64,000 nt of DNA, from NCBI GenBank assembly GCA_010015585.1, contig ML975150.1, one strand, 5' to 3'. Of this stretch, positions 24,272 through 37,797 are shown piece by piece. Both the position numbers and the translations under genes were made by a program. The notes below the pieces were generated by a model. It searched no databases and was not told the DNA's origin. It saw only the letters and a list, made by a program, of their open reading frames with translations. The DNA comes from Eremomyces bilateralis CBS 781.70. Lineage: Eukaryota. Every line of letters begins with the position of its first letter. The first letter of the stretch is position 1.

Positions 24272-25394
24272 GTTTGGATGGAGAACCGAGTTCCCAGAGG
24301 AGCGATCGAATTTGGTTTGCGATACCGCCAATCCTGCAGCAGTACAGCCTGATAGGCGCAATATAAATGTCTCGCTCGCGTCGGAGTTGATGGAAGCGCT
24401 CGTGAGGTGAAACTGATCCTGAGTGCCCTTTCAACCAAAGCGCCTCTTAGGTATGTAGTATATCCAGGGAAAATCCAGGAATAATGTCGTTGCTTCGTCA
24501 GATCGGGCTATGGTCGCGAGGATTCCTTCTTCGGGTTTACCACGGATGTGATGATCAGCGCTTAGAGGTGACGTCCGTGTTTGCCCCACGTGCGAAGCGA
24601 TAGTAAGGTAGATATAACGACTGGGAAGTCGGAAGGTCAAGGACTTAAGTGAAAAGCACACACAAGCGTATGTCAGATAGCATGGAGAAGTGAATGGAAT
24701 AGGAAGAATAGGTAACGACGGATGGAATTCTATCAACCTTGGGCTGACAAGGCGAATATGACCAACATGCAGGCTACGGGAGAGAACTAGGAATCCTTGA
24801 AGAATAGCAGAGGAATCCTTGGAGAGCGTGAAGGCGAAAGTTGTACAGTTTCTAGGCAATGGTGGATGATTGGCAGCGGGATCTGCCCTGGTGACGTTTT
24901 CGTATTGTGGCTGTGCATGACTTGGTCTATCGTCACCTTCGCTTCGGCATTCTTTTCCGTATCGTCGTTGGATTCATGATCGGTACGGAGCAAAGCTGTG
25001 GCTTTCTTATATAGGTACAGCTGACAGGAGTAGAGTCCCCTTCGACTCTTCAAGGAACAGGAGCCGCGACCGAATGGATGGCCAACCAACTTGTGTATCA
25101 CATCCTCTCCCAGTCTACCGATCGTGCATCTTTCAGTCACTATGCCGTACCGCTCTCCATCGTTTCTTATACCCGACGCTGTATAGTCCTTAAATCAAAA
25201 TGCTCCATACTCAGAACCTTTTCATTAGACACAAAATCACGACCCTAACGTATCTAGAAACCCTTAATTGATACCCCCCCTCCATAACACCCCGCAATGC
25301 CAGATGCTCGCCCTGTCCCTGATGATATCGATTCTCGGCTTCCCCACAAGATATACCACACGACTGTATTGACAACGAAACCAAGCGATCATCA

Positions 25395-28300
25395 TCAAGG
25401 TCCCACCTTGAACTTCATCTTCACCCCCATGCTCATCAGTTCCACGTCCAAATACTTCAACACCCCCGGCACCGCCAACACCCTCACGTCCGTCCCGCCC
25501 GTCATCAACGTCCCCTCCCCATCCTCCCACACCTCCGCCTTCGCGACCCGCCCCTCCACCTTCTTCGCACAGTACCGACACCGCACAATCTGCGTCCCCT
25601 TCCCCCCTCCTTGCCCCCATCCGTCGACCGTCGGACTGACCCCCAGGAAGTGCCCGCACGCCTTGCAGATCCACGCCTTGGTATAGTCGGAGCAGTTCAG
25701 CAGCCGGTCCTGCAGCAGGAACGCCGTCCCGTGTGCGAGGAGTGAGTCGCGCTCCATCTCGCCCACGCGGATCCCGCCGCCGCGCGCCCGCCCTTGGACC
25801 GGCTGGCCCGTGACTGGGTCGTTGATTCCCGTGGCGCGCACCTGGTATTTGTCGCTGACCATGTGCCGCAGGCGCTGGTAGTAGACCAGCCCGACGTAGA
25901 TATCCGCGTGGAGCTCCTCGCCCGTGATGCCACTGTACATCGGTTCGTTGCCGTAGTAGTTGTAGCCCGCGGCGCGGAGCTGGTCACCGAAGTACTCCAC
26001 GGCTCGGTCCTGCTCGTCGAATCGCCATGGGGTACTATCCTGCGCGAACCCGTGCAGCGCGCCTGCCTTGCCGGCTAAAGACTCCACGAACATGCCGATG
26101 GTCATGCGCGACGGGAAGGCGTGGGGGTTGATGATCACGTCCGGCTGCATCCCAGATTCGGAGAACGGGAGGTCGATGGCGGGGAACTTCTGGCTGCACA
26201 CGCCCTTCTGCCCGTGGCGCGAGGAGAATTTGTCGCCGATGATGGGCGCGCGAGGGATGCGGATGGTGACGGATATCGCTTGCGGAGGGCCCTCGCCGGA
26301 TTCGGGGAGGAGTACTTTCACCGCGTCGATGAAGCCGGATTCGCTCTCCTTGTACCGGTGGACCTCCGTCGTGTGGTCTCGGCTGCGATAGGTATTGGTC
26401 TCGGGGTCGTGGCTCACGGTGTACGTCGCGCAGAGAGCGTCGCCTTCGTGGATGAGGGCGCCGATCATCGGTAAGCCGTCCTCGTCAAGCGTAGTTCGCC
26501 AGGAGTTCAAGACCACGCCCTCAGGAGCGAATCCAAACACCTTATCGATCCGCTTCGTGTTGCCTTTCCCTTTGTTCTCCGCCAGGTCCACCTTCTTAGT
26601 CTTGTAAATCGTCCCATATCCGAACCCTCGCTCGTGTGCCGACTTGTTGATAATCATGGCGTCGTCCATGTCATATCCGGTGTAGGAGATCACCGCCACG
26701 ACCGCATTCGTGCCATTGGGAAAGTTGTCGAAACCATACTCATTATGTAGCGGCGGACGGACAATCGGCGTTTGGCCCGTCTGGAGGAGGTACATCTTGT
26801 TATCTCCTCGATACCGGAGACTCGTGCTCGGCGTTCCCATGGTCTGCTTGCCCATCTGACACTGGTACATGTTACGGGGAGATTGGTTGAAGTCGGAAAA
26901 GGGTGTCATGTTCGCGACGATGGAGAGGACGTTGGTTGGGTCATACTCGACATGCGACGATTGGCCCGAAATCTCCGGTTCGGTGCAGGCGATGTTCATG
27001 TACGGCTGCTCGAAGGTGCCGATGTAGTCGAGGCCGTTCACAGGCAGGTACTTGACCGGTCGATACATCCGTTGCGGTTGCGACGAAATGTAGACGCCCG
27101 GATACTGGCCTCCTGTCGTATTCGGCACATAACCGATCTCGAGCTCCCGAGGGATATCATGCATTCCAGTGACCTTCCAATGTCGTAGCGAGTCGTGGAC
27201 GGCCTTGGCTTGTTGGGGAGAACAGAAGCCAAGAATCTTCCCATCCATGAGGACAACGACGCTGTCCTCCAACGACGTGGATGAGGTACTCTTCAGGCCA
27301 AACTGTGCAATTAGTCCGGGAATATTGGACACGGGTAGGCTCTTGGTTGCGATCTTGCATTTATGGGCAAGATGATTGAGTAGCCCACAGGGCGAGCCGT
27401 CGGGAGTATGGATAGGGCAAAGGAACCCCCAACTCTCGGGCAAAAGTTTTCGAACCGTTGTGGTCTTCAATTCCGCGAAGAAGCTGCCACGATGCACCAT
27501 TCGGAAATGGCTGATGAAGCGGTAGAAGTTGATCTTCTCGGCCACGATCGTGAAGCCCGAGGCTTGCTGTAAGTCCAGGCCGCTGGGGCTCGATAGATTC
27601 CCCGTTGAAAGGAAATAGTCGAGGAGACCGCCAAGATTCTCGGTCGTTTTGCGAACAATCTTGGGGAGGAAGTCCTTTCGAAAATCTTCGCTGGTGAACG
27701 GTGCGAAACCGTGCGACTGGCCCCATTCTCGTATCAGCGGTCGGAGCGAGTTGAGCCATTCTTCGAGCCGCTCTTTCAAAATCATCGAATATAGAAACCC
27801 GGGAAGGAGGACTTCCTGCATCGTCGCTCGATCGGGGTCATCGGCAGCGCACTCTCCACCAACGAACGCGTACAGCTTACGGACCATGAAGATCAGCAGC
27901 CGCAATTTGTCTCGGTTCTGTGATTCCGTCACGTTCAAACTGCCGAGATGCGGTAATACGATCCTTCTCAGGAACTCTATTCCGGCGGCATCATCGTCGA
28001 CGTCTTCCGGCAGCTGGAGGATGACCTTGAACCGACTCCCCAGAAACGCTCGGGCTTGGTGCTTTCCTTGCAGTTCGTACGCTTTGTAGGCTCGGACCAA
28101 GAATTCGGCTCGATCCAGTACGAATTGCTTGTCCTCGAGCCCCTTTGATCCGGCCGGTCCAACGACCCCCTCGAAGATCTCGCGATCGTTCGTATCCACC
28201 AGGGCATTCATGACCATCATCACTGGCACCAGATATTCGCTCTTTCGCCATGAAAATCGCATCATGACGTTACCATCGCTGAGGAAATGCAGCACGTTCG

Positions 28301-29033
28301 TGACGCTGGTTTGGTCGGGTCGCGTGGACCGAATCTGGATGCCGTGATCCGTATACAAGAGTCCTCGATTCTTGAACGATGGCCGGGTAATCGCCATCGG
28401 ATAATTCCTCCGATTCTGAATCAGCAATCGGATCATTCTTTCGTTGCCGTTGACGATGAAGTATCCTCCTAGCTCTTCCGTCTCCTCCTTGGCCTGGACG
28501 AGCTCAGCGGGACCGAACCCATCCAAATGGCACTTCTTCGTCCGCAGCATGATCGGCAAGCTGCCCAGGTCGCGCGTGACCTCTTCCCAGTCCCCGTCAT
28601 TGACCCTATACTGCAATCGTGCGCGTAATCTGCCTTTGTATGTGGCGTGCCGCTGTCGACATTCGGACGGGAGGATTTCTCGGCGGGGTGACGTCTTGTT
28701 GGTCGGTGGGAGTTGCGGCTTCTCCAGAAAGACCTCGCCGATGCGGACATGGAGATGGTTGCGGCGTAGAACCTGGTCCAGGGGCCCGTCGACGAACACC
28801 TTGGTGCCAATATCGGCGACGGCGTGCTCGAGGAGGCCGTGTTCCTCGAACGCGGCATTGAAGGAATCGACGTGGGGAGCAATGGCTTCCGCGAGGCTGG
28901 GATAGGCGGTCTTCTCTGGTGGACTGCGGAAGAGCTTCTCACGCTTGACAGTATCGAAGTTCGTGGTCCATTTCGAAGATGGTTTCGGGCGTGCTGTTAC
29001 CGTCATCTGCTTTCCGTTGGCAGAGGGCGCCAT
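25395..29033 (-). CDS. RPA135: RNA polymerase I second-largest subunit (A135), intronless
   Basis: GGYFIVNGNER, SHFRMVHRGSFFAELKTTTVRKLLPESWGFLCP, YTGYDMDDAM, GDKFSSRHGQKG, GGIRVGEMERD, C-terminal Zn finger; first ATG is MAPSANGK at 29033. Confidence 0.97.
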   Translation of the reverse strand: MAPSANGKQMTVTARPKPSSKWTTNFDTVKREKLFRSPPEKTAYPSLAEAIAPHVDSFNAAFEEHGLLEHAVADIGTKVFVDGPLDQVLRRNHLHVRIGEVFLEKPQLPPTNKTSPRREILPSECRQRHATYKGRLRARLQYRVNDGDWEEVTRDLGSLPIMLRTKKCHLDGFGPAELVQAKEETEELGGYFIVNGNERMIRLLIQNRRNYPMAITRPSFKNRGLLYTDHGIQIRSTRPDQTSVTNVLHFLSDGNVMMRFSWRKSEYLVPVMMVMNALVDTNDREIFEGVVGPAGSKGLEDKQFVLDRAEFLVRAYKAYELQGKHQARAFLGSRFKVILQLPEDVDDDAAGIEFLRRIVLPHLGSLNVTESQNRDKLRLLIFMVRKLYAFVGGECAADDPDRATMQEVLLPGFLYSMILKERLEEWLNSLRPLIREWGQSHGFAPFTSEDFRKDFLPKIVRKTTENLGGLLDYFLSTGNLSSPSGLDLQQASGFTIVAEKINFYRFISHFRMVHRGSFFAELKTTTVRKLLPESWGFLCPIHTPDGSPCGLLNHLAHKCKIATKSLPVSNIPGLIAQFGLKSTSSTSLEDSVVVLMDGKILGFCSPQQAKAVHDSLRHWKVTGMHDIPRELEIGYVPNTTGGQYPGVYISSQPQRMYRPVKYLPVNGLDYIGTFEQPYMNIACTEPEISGQSSHVEYDPTNVLSIVANMTPFSDFNQSPRNMYQCQMGKQTMGTPSTSLRYRGDNKMYLLQTGQTPIVRPPLHNEYGFDNFPNGTNAVVAVISYTGYDMDDAMIINKSAHERGFGYGTIYKTKKVDLAENKGKGNTKRIDKVFGFAPEGVVLNSWRTTLDEDGLPMIGALIHEGDALCATYTVSHDPETNTYRSRDHTTEVHRYKESESGFIDAVKVLLPESGEGPPQAISVTIRIPRAPIIGDKFSSRHGQKGVCSQKFPAIDLPFSESGMQPDVIINPHAFPSRMTIGMFVESLAGKAGALHGFAQDSTPWRFDEQDRAVEYFGDQLRAAGYNYYGNEPMYSGITGEELHADIYVGLVYYQRLRHMVSDKYQVRATGINDPVTGQPVQGRARGGGIRVGEMERDSLLAHGTAFLLQDRLLNCSDYTKAWICKACGHFLGVSPTVDGWGQGGGKGTQIVRCRYCAKKVEGRVAKAEVWEDGEGTLMTGGTDVRVLAVPGVLKYLDVELMSMGVKMKFKVGP

Positions 29034-29290
29034 GGTTGGCTGCGGGGAGTGGTAGCGAAGCCGGGGAGAGTCAATATCTGATTCTAGCACTGGAACTGTA
29101 TTTCCGTGCGCTCATGTCATTTCATTTCATGGTAAATATAGGCTTGGGAATTGCTTGGACACTGGTTTCAATTGGTGGGAGACATGGGAGGATCTCCATG
29201 CACCGAAAGATTTTCCTGAGATTTCTGTTGTTCAATCTGATTATCGATAAGATTTGTATGCCTTGCAGCCTCAGGCGTCAACACTCCCTG

Positions 29291-29318
29291 TCGCAACTCG
29301 CAACTCGCAACTCGCAAC
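29291..29318. repeat. 7-bp tandem repeat TCGCAAC x4 upstream of RPA135
   Basis: Directly visible. Confidence 0.85.
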
Positions 29319-30500
29319 CCACTTCTCGTTCTGGCCCATGTCAGGATCTTATGTCATCATCATCTTCCCCTCCTAGCTCCCATAGCTCCGAACTCCAGTG
29401 CTACGCAGGCTGTAGCCAAGTGAATCATCATGCCTTAGCCACTTAACAGTCGATGGAGGAGGGTATGTAGGCCGATATACGCAAGAGGTGAGATGAGATA
29501 TTTTCTCGAGAGAATAAGGAAGTGTCCAATTTGAATAACCAGCCTGAGGGATGGATATGGGACTACTTCTACTTACCTTCTACATATGATGCTTCAATCG
29601 ATCCGATCCTCCAGTCCATATCATTGGGCCGTTGGCGCCCGCAGAGACAGCCCACCTACATTTCGACCAAAGTCATCCCCCGCTCCACCGCCCACCACAT
29701 CCACGCTCTCTCCTGCCTTACCATGTCTCATCGCCTCGATTATCTCTCAGGATCGCTCCGTGCCGCAAACCATCGCCCAAATCACTAGATCCACCGTGCT
29801 TCCCACGCCTCTCGCGCTCCATTTGGCCGCAGGCCGCCATCCCGTATTTCAAGCGCCCACCTTCCCCCCCATTTGCGCCGTTTGCGGAACCAGCACGTCT
29901 CAGCCTCCCGATTTCCCCATTGTGCAGTAAGCGCCCACTGGGCTGGGAGTCCGGGACCGAACCCTCAAGCCTCCGCACGGAACCCAGTGACCGACACAAG
30001 GACGGGCCCGCCGCTGGTTGTCCAGTTGACCTCATCTCTTGTTACAAACCGCCAGGCACCGACGTTCCGTCGCATTTCACCGTTGATCGTACAAGCCTGG
30101 ACATTTGCTGCGCGTGCCGTGTTTTCGTGCGACCCGTCATCCGCCTCGCCTTTTCTGTGTACGAACCATTTTTTTGCGTGGGGAGCGAAAAGGAAAAAGA
30201 AAGTCAAAAATACTTGGATGGAGGAAAGAGGGTTCCGAAGCTTTTGACTGGGGAGAAGCTCAGACAAAGCAACCTGCAGTCTTGCACGCACGAACAAACG
30301 CGGGGGATCCTGGGCATTTTTGGACCACACGCCGCTTTTTCTTTTCTGCACATCCCATCTTTCTGGCGGTGCGGGAAACGATTATATCACCAGGTCTTTG
30401 TTTTCATCGGCCTATTGCCCTCTCACTCTCTAGCGGGTTATCTATCGAGTGCGGGAAGAATAGAGGCTCGGCCGGTCCACAGGCCTAGCACGTAGCGATT

Positions 30501-31581
30501 ATGGCCGGCTTTTTCAGGCGCATTTACGATTGGTTGCTGCGCATGTTCTGGTAAGTCCGCATATCCTTGACCGATGCGAGCCATCACGCACGGCGGAGGA
30601 TATTGCCTCTGTTCGCCTTGCGACCGGCGGCACATATCGACTGCCTCGCGTGTACGGATGGATCGAGAGGTCACCCAGGCGACGCGATATGACGGTGTAA
30701 CTGACCGCATGCGTGCGCATCCACAGGGCGACGGAGATGGATATAACCATGATCGGCCTGCAAAACGCGGGGAAGACGTCCTTGTTGCGAGTGCTCGCGG
30801 TACGTATTTGGAATTGATTTCGTCCACCCGCCAACTTCGCCACGTTGCTTGTGCTAGCGCTGATGCCTTATTGCAGGGCGGAGAGTTCACGATCGAGTAA
30901 GTCGCTTCGCTGGGATCACCGCCTATGTGTATTGCGCTGGATGCAAGTGGGCTGTCGCTAGATAGCCCCTAGCCGATCCACTTGAATGATCGTTCGTAAG
31001 GAGGGCCGCTGACGATCTGAAAGCTCCATACCCACCGTGGGGTTTAACATGAAACGGGTTCAGAAAGGCCATGTAACACTGAAATGGTGAGTCCGCTAAC
31101 TCCATCGACGAGGTGGTCCAGGCCTGGATATACCCTCTCGTGTGCTATTCGAGGCGGTCGGATCTGACATGAGCGTAGCTGGGACCTGGGAGGCCAGCCT
31201 CGATTCCGAACCATGTGGGAGCGATATTGTCGAGGGGTGAATGCAATCGTGTAAGTGCCGGTCCATAGCCTTCGGATGAAGGTGTTCGAAGCTTAACGTT
31301 TGGAAAGATTCATCGTCGACTCGGCCGATCGCGCAGCCTTGCCAGTCGCCAAGGAAGAACTCCAGCTGTTGTTGGAGAAACCCACGCTCGACGGCATACC
31401 GCTACTCGTCCTTGGCAACAAATCCGATCTGCTCGACCATATGAGCGTGGATGAGTTGATTGCGGCCCTGGACCTCAAGACCATCTCGCATCGAGAGGTG
31501 AGCTGCTACGGCATTAGCGCCCTAGAGGAGACGAACTTGGATCACGTACTCAACTGGCTGATTGCTCGAGCAAGCCATTGA
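30501..31581 (+). CDS. ARL8: ADP-ribosylation factor-like GTPase Arl8; exons 30501-30550, 30727-30799, 30877-30896, 31024-31086, 31179-31250, 31308-31581
   Basis: Spliced MAGFFRRIYDWLLRMFWATEMDITMIGLQNAGKTS...IPTVGFNM...CWDLGGQPRFRTMWERYCRGV...LVLGNKSD; five GT-AG introns keep the frame. Confidence 0.95.
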
Positions 31582-33677
31582 ACGATTCACCCCGCCTTGA
31601 AATTCACCAAGACAGCGTCGGTCAGGCGACACTACAATGATGTTACGAGCGCAAGCGACGATGATCCGGATACGATACGATGGCTTGCTTCATGTGCTCG
31701 ACGCACTTCTTCTCTTCACCTTTTCGCTTCATGACTGACGAACATTTCGAGGAAGCCGGCTTTTGGAGAAAATAAGAGTTGAACATGGCTAGCGATGGCC
31801 GCATTCTATAAACTTTGGATAAGCTTCGCGGCGATGTTTCGAGTTTCTGTCTCAGACCGACTTAACGGCGATGAGACGATGAAACCACCTAGCATCTTTG
31901 AGCGGGATCCTGAGTTATAGCATTCTAATTAGTGTCTCCTTTGTTAGTGGTATATAGCGAATTAACCGACTCCGATGTGGTCAGACGATAATCCAGTGCT
32001 TGTGTCGCCAGACCACCACAAAGGACGCCCTGGGGTCGCCCCAAAACGGCGCCCGCCATGCGCTGTCGTTTTGCGGAGGGTAACGATGGTATGCCCCTCC
32101 ATAGGCCGCGAGGGTTCGACGGCACTCTGCGCACCACCACATCGCGACTAACACAGGATTCCAACGAAGTTCCGACACGACGATTGAAAGCGATGAGAGA
32201 AAATTGAAAGAAAGAAAACCAACACGAAACGGGGCAGACGCAGAGGAATGCGCAGAAATTATTCAGAGCTGTCCGCTGTTGATGCCCCCCGGTCGTTTCC
32301 TGCATGGACAACTCATCATATTACCAGGATGTTCTGGCCAATCAGACGTCGGGGCCAGGGGATGACCTGCATGGCTCCGATCGGATCTGGTCTGGTCGGT
32401 CCGCCGTTGCAGTTGGGTTCCGTCTCGAAAGGCCATTATCACGGGAGGGGATGATGAAAATATTGCTGAACACGGAGCAGAAAGAGTTGCTATATTAGTA
32501 CAAATAGGCAAGGTACGTAGGCGTACAGGCCGGTACAGTACTCCGTAATGCGGGAACATTGGATCCTTCATACGAGGATATACTCAGATGCAGGGCCACA
32601 GTGAGACGGGAGCCACCAAATCCTTCGAATTGAAGATCATAAGCGCTCCATTCAAGATAGATATAGGTCCAACGATCCGCAGTAAGCTCAACGAAGAGAA
32701 AATTATTCGGCGAATATCTACGATGACTCTGGCATAACGTCCATTGATTCTAAGGTTAGTCAGAGCCAGACACTAAGCGCATCGCCCACTCAACGCGGGC
32801 AGAGGCAAAGTCCTTCCAAATCATGTTACACAGCCATAATCATTCCAGCAGGCCGACTCGATGTGGAAAATGCAAGATTAGCGTGCATAAGTAGGCTACC
32901 TTGCTGTTTCGCTGCAATTCGATCGGACGTCGCTCAAGACTACTACGAAAGTTACACAGAAATCCAGACTACTCGAGAGTGCAAGGAGTGGAGGTATATT
33001 ATGAACACAGGGAACCGAGATTCGACCGATTCCGGCAGGCCATTGTGCAATCAACCAAGCGAAGGAAACAGAAGGAGCATACCCCGTGTCTCTAAAATAT
33101 GGCGACTGAGATGTAAACGTCGCAGGGTATCTTTCTCTTGTTGTCTCTCTTAGCGCCGGGAAGGACGGGATGACATACTATGTATATCAAGGCTTAGAGA
33201 AGCGAGATCGTCGATCTTATCTGAACTCTGGTATGCCCATAATAGTTTGTCATGATACGAGACAGAAGCTGTGAGATTCTTGTAAGATCAGAGACCGATT
33301 AGGACTTGGTGAGGACCGTGAGGTGCTATGTAAGTTAGTCATGCTGCCCTGCACGTGCACCAGCCTATCGGCTCCACTGCGGCTTGCGCATTCCGTCCCC
33401 AGCCTTGAACTCGTCATCGTTCCACCGACTCAGCCACAAAAAAGCTGGGCGGTCCGATGGATCTAACTACCTAAAAACAGGAAGCACGCCCTCAGTGCTT
33501 TTGGTAGAACCACCTCTCCATTATAATATCGCGTCTAGCTTTGTACTTTTATACCGAATTCTCTCATTTCCATCAATTCCCCAGGCGATAGCTTCCATCT
33601 TCCTTGGGAACTTGGCCATCATCCTTCTTGATTGCCTGTGTTTCAGTAGCTATACACAAACAGTTCCGACCACGACC

Positions 33678-34365
33678 ATGCCGGTCCTAGAGTCACGAGC
33701 GTACGTCTTTCCAAGATTTTCCCGCCATGATCATAGCCCAGACAGAAGAGGATCTCTTTGTCGAACTTCCACGATGCGGCGGAGTCGTCATGGATCACGT
33801 CTTTGAACCCGGAATGCTAACGCCCAGCGCAGTCGTTGCTACTATTCAGGCGGGGTCCGCTACTGCGAACGGACCAACGCATGGAACAGCTGGGTCCGCT
33901 GGTTATTCCTCGGACTCATCATTGGCGGATTTCTCCTCCTCTTCGTCCTCTGCTCGTACGTCCCCCCCTTCCTCGTCTCCCCCAGCGGAGCACCTGGACC
34001 GAAACAACCCCTCAGCTACTGCAAACCAACTAACATTCTCCAGCTGCGTCTCCGCCCGCCGTCGCCGCCGCGCCGGCCAGATGCCCTTCCGCGGCACCGG
34101 CTGGGCCGTCCCCAACCAAGGCCAATACCAACATCAACACCCTCCGCCGCAGAACAACGCCGTCTACTACTCGCAACCCGCGCCGCCGTACAGCCCCCCT
34201 CCGCAGGGCGGATACTACGGGAACCAGGGCCAGCAGCAAGGCTACGAGATGAACAACCAGTCGTCGCAGCCGGCGTATCCGACGCAGTCGTACGCGCAGG
34301 ACGGCGGGAATATGTATCAACCGCCGCCGGGGCCGCCGCCGGGGAAGGATGGGGTGGTGAGATAG
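33678..34365 (+). CDS. RCR-family single-pass membrane protein with PPxY motif; exons 33678-33700, 33833-33955, 34044-34365
   Basis: Spliced MPVLESRARCYYSGGVRYCERTNAWNSWVRWLFLGLIIGGFLLLFVLCSCVSARRRRRAGQMPFRGTGW...APPYSPPP...YQPPPGPPP. Confidence 0.85.
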
Positions 34366-35727
34366 GTGGTGGTGAAGGTGGTTCGGAATGGGGTCATGCG
34401 CAACTTGTGGACTTGGGCTCGGGCAGGGAGAAAATCGACATGCTCTTGAAGTCTTGAGGCTTTGAGCAGAGAAATTTGCAATGAGCTTGGGCAGGCGGCG
34501 TTCTTCGGCATATCCATACAGTAGGAATTTGGAAATGACATGCGGACGTCATCCGCAAATGGCTAGGTTGAGTGGAATTCTGTCACGAACCTAGTCGATC
34601 GGCTTTAATATCTACATAGTTATACTATCATAATTAGCGTGTCCATGCACCTGTCTACCTCTGTTACGGCACGGTAGCTGGATGCACACAACATACACGT
34701 AGCCAAAGGTATTCTAGATTAAGCTGAAGAATAGAACAAGAAGGGGAAACCTTTCTTGTTTCCATCGAAGAGGGTTGGACTCTGATTCAACCCTTGACCT
34801 AACCAGGCTTAGGCTCCCAGCCTTAGCCAACCAAGGGTTTCAACCCATAACAACCTCTGCGCCAACGACCGAGCGACGGGCCAGCTCCCCAACCACAACG
34901 AGTGATATCTTCGGACAGTGAGCTGCGCGAATATCCACATCGCACGACCTTTCCAACCGCGATGTTCACTCGAATCGGATATTTGCTCTCCATTCCTAAA
35001 TCCTCCGTGGGTTTTCCCCAATCCAGCCGCGGTCAGGAGATATCACGGGTTTAACGCCCTATCAGTGGCTATCACAGCCTGTCCCCTGACGCCCGAGGGC
35101 TAACGGGAGTCGGGAATAACATGTCCCCACCGCCGTCCTTTTCCTATGCCGACGCAAGCCTTCCGGACAGCCGATCTAGTCGTCTTATCTGTCGATTCGA
35201 CGAAATTGATTTGAACATAAACATCTGCACATACGGATGGTTCGGTTGTGGTCTGGGAAAATTGCAAAATCTCCAATGGTGACGCCGTCACGTTGGGAAG
35301 AAATTTTGATACGGGTGGAATATCAGTCCTCGCTGAGGCACGGGATACGAAAGAGGGGGATTTCAGCGTCCGAATGGCGGGATTCATTCGATACGGATAT
35401 TTTTGTGCGAGCAAGTCGGTACGCAGGTTGCACTCCAAAAGAGCAGGACGCCAAAGACATTCCCGCGAAAATCACACGGAACGGATACATCGATCACAAT
35501 TACCGACATATTTAAAGGAGATGGATCAGAGCATCGTGGACAAGCAACGAATCGATTCCCAATCCCCGAAGAATTAGCACAAATATGTGCGATGGTATCT
35601 AGGTCATGAAGCGTCCCACGCTCGAGACCATCGGACCCAACGCGGGCGTGCGCAGTCCCCTATCGTTTCCCATTCCCGGATCATGTCACATCACAGTTAC
35701 AATCTTACCCCCCCCGACGTCTCTCAC

Positions 35728-37797
35728 CTAGAGCGCGGCCCTCATCCCATTGGCGTGGCCATTGGCACCGTTGGCATGCCCGTTCCCGACAATTTCGTTC
35801 AACTCATGCAGAATTTTCTTCCCCTCGTCGAACGGATCGTACATCCTCTGCTGCACATACTCGCGCAGCTCCGCATCGGACAGATTCCGCAAGTTCAATT
35901 CCCGATCGACGCTGTTCTTCTGCGCCGCGCGGATGACGCCGATGGCGACCTCGACGCTCACCTCACGGATACGTCGGATATCTGGATACAGCCAGCCGTC
36001 GGCGCGCTCCTGCGCGTTGAGCGAGATGGACAGCGACTCGGCGGAAGCGTAGATCATGTCCTGGGTGATGTTGACGGAGCGGCAGAGGATCGCGCCGAGC
36101 CCGATGCCCGGGAACACATACATGTTGTTCCCCTGGCCCGGGGTGAGCGACTGGCCATCCCACTCCAGCGACGGGAACGGGGAGCCGCTGGCGAAGATGC
36201 ATTTACCGTTGGTGCCGGCGACGGCTTCCTCGAAGGTGCACTCGGACTTGGAGGACGGGTTGGAGAGGGGGAAGATGATGGGGTGCTCGTTCAGCTTGGC
36301 CATCTTGCCGAGGATTTCCGCGTTGAAGGCGCCGCCGATGGTGGAGAGGCCCATGAGGATGGTCGGGCGGACGTAGTCGATAAGGCGGGCGAGCGACTGG
36401 ATCTGCTTGCCGCTGTTGTCGGTTCGCTGGAAGTACACCTTGTGATCGGCGAGCTTGTCACCGCGGTCCGAGGTCACGAGCCCCTGGACGATATTAGGAT
36501 CGGTACAGCCCCGAAACGCATGGAAATGGGCGATTGCTTACATTTGAGTCGACAAACCAGAACTTCTGGCGAGCTTCGTCCTCGGTCAGGCCCTCCTTCA
36601 TGAAGAACTCGACGATTTGCTTCGCGACTCCGACACCGGCGGAACCGGCGCCGAGGAACACGGCACGGTGGTCCCGAATAGGAATTCCTGCCGCCTTGAC
36701 CGCGTTGATGAAACCACCCACGATGACGGCGCCAGTTCCCTGCACGTCGTCATTGAACATGGCATAGGTGTCCTTATACCGTTCAAGAGAGGGGAAGGGG
36801 TTCTTCCAGTCCTCGAATTGGATCACGATGCTGCATTCGGAGATTAGCAATCGGGACGGTGAGAGACCACATGCACTCGGACTTACCCAGGCCATCTCTC
36901 GGTCAACGCCGCCATGAGCTCATCCAGGAACTCCCTCTCCTCTTCCGGAGTGACCTTCGGTATCCGGCTACCCATATATAGCGGATCTTCCCTCAATGCC
37001 TTATTCCCCGTCCCGAGATCCACCGTCAACGGCAGAGTGGCCTCGGGTCGAATGCCCGCGCACGCCGTGTACAGGGCGAGCTTGCCGACCGGAATCCCCA
37101 TCCCGTTGATTCCGAGGTCACCCAGGCCCAAGATCCGTGATCCGTCCGTCACGACGGTGATCTCGACGTTATGCGGCCAATTCTGGACGATGCCGTGGAG
37201 GTTGCCTTTGTCCGAGTGGGAGAGGTACATGCCTTCCGGCTGGGTGTAGAGTTCTGACCATCGCTGGCAGGCCTCGCCGACGGTGGGGGTGTAGATGAGA
37301 GGGGTGAGTTCCTGGAAGACGAGCAGAAGTCAGCTGGCTGCGGCCGAAGCCATTGATGGGAAGAGAATGTACCTTGACGTTTTGTGAGAGGAGGCGGTAG
37401 AAGAGGTGGACGTTGGTGGCGCGGAGGTGGACGAGGTATTGGTATTTCTCAATGGGCGTCTGCTTGAGTTCGAGGATTTTGAGACCTAGTCGTGGTTTAG
37501 CTGACGTCCTCGACGAACGGCCCGATGATAGCCTATTCGGAGGTTGGTGGACTTACATCGTTGCGCCTGTGTCTCGAAGGTCTCGACGGTAGGAGGCACC
37601 AGACCGTAGGTCCGAATGTATTTTCGGACTTCTAGAGGATATGAGGTGTCGTAATCACCGCCCCTAAGTTGTTGTCAGCGTACACGGTCTGCTGCGGTGG
37701 TGACGGACGTCTCCTACGTTGTGGTAAGATGTCTTGAGCCGACGACATGTGGATTATGCTTCACATTCGCGGGTGGATGGGAGTCTCCGTAAGCCAT
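35728..37797 (-). CDS. NAD(P)-dependent malic enzyme; five introns (about 37717-37664, 37556-37486, 37372-37312, 36886-36832, 36541-36484)
   Basis: PLIYTPTVGEAC, VTDGSRILGLGDLG, QFED, FNDDVQGTG, GAGSAG, PIIFPLSNP, PGQGNNMYVFPGIGLG. Confidence 0.95.

Noticed and set aside
29632..30495. 287-aa ORF upstream of ARL8
   Set aside because: TTG start, no motifs, spans low-complexity promoter/UTR sequence
35587..36603. 338-aa plus-strand ORF
   Set aside because: Antisense shadow of the GC3-rich malic enzyme exons
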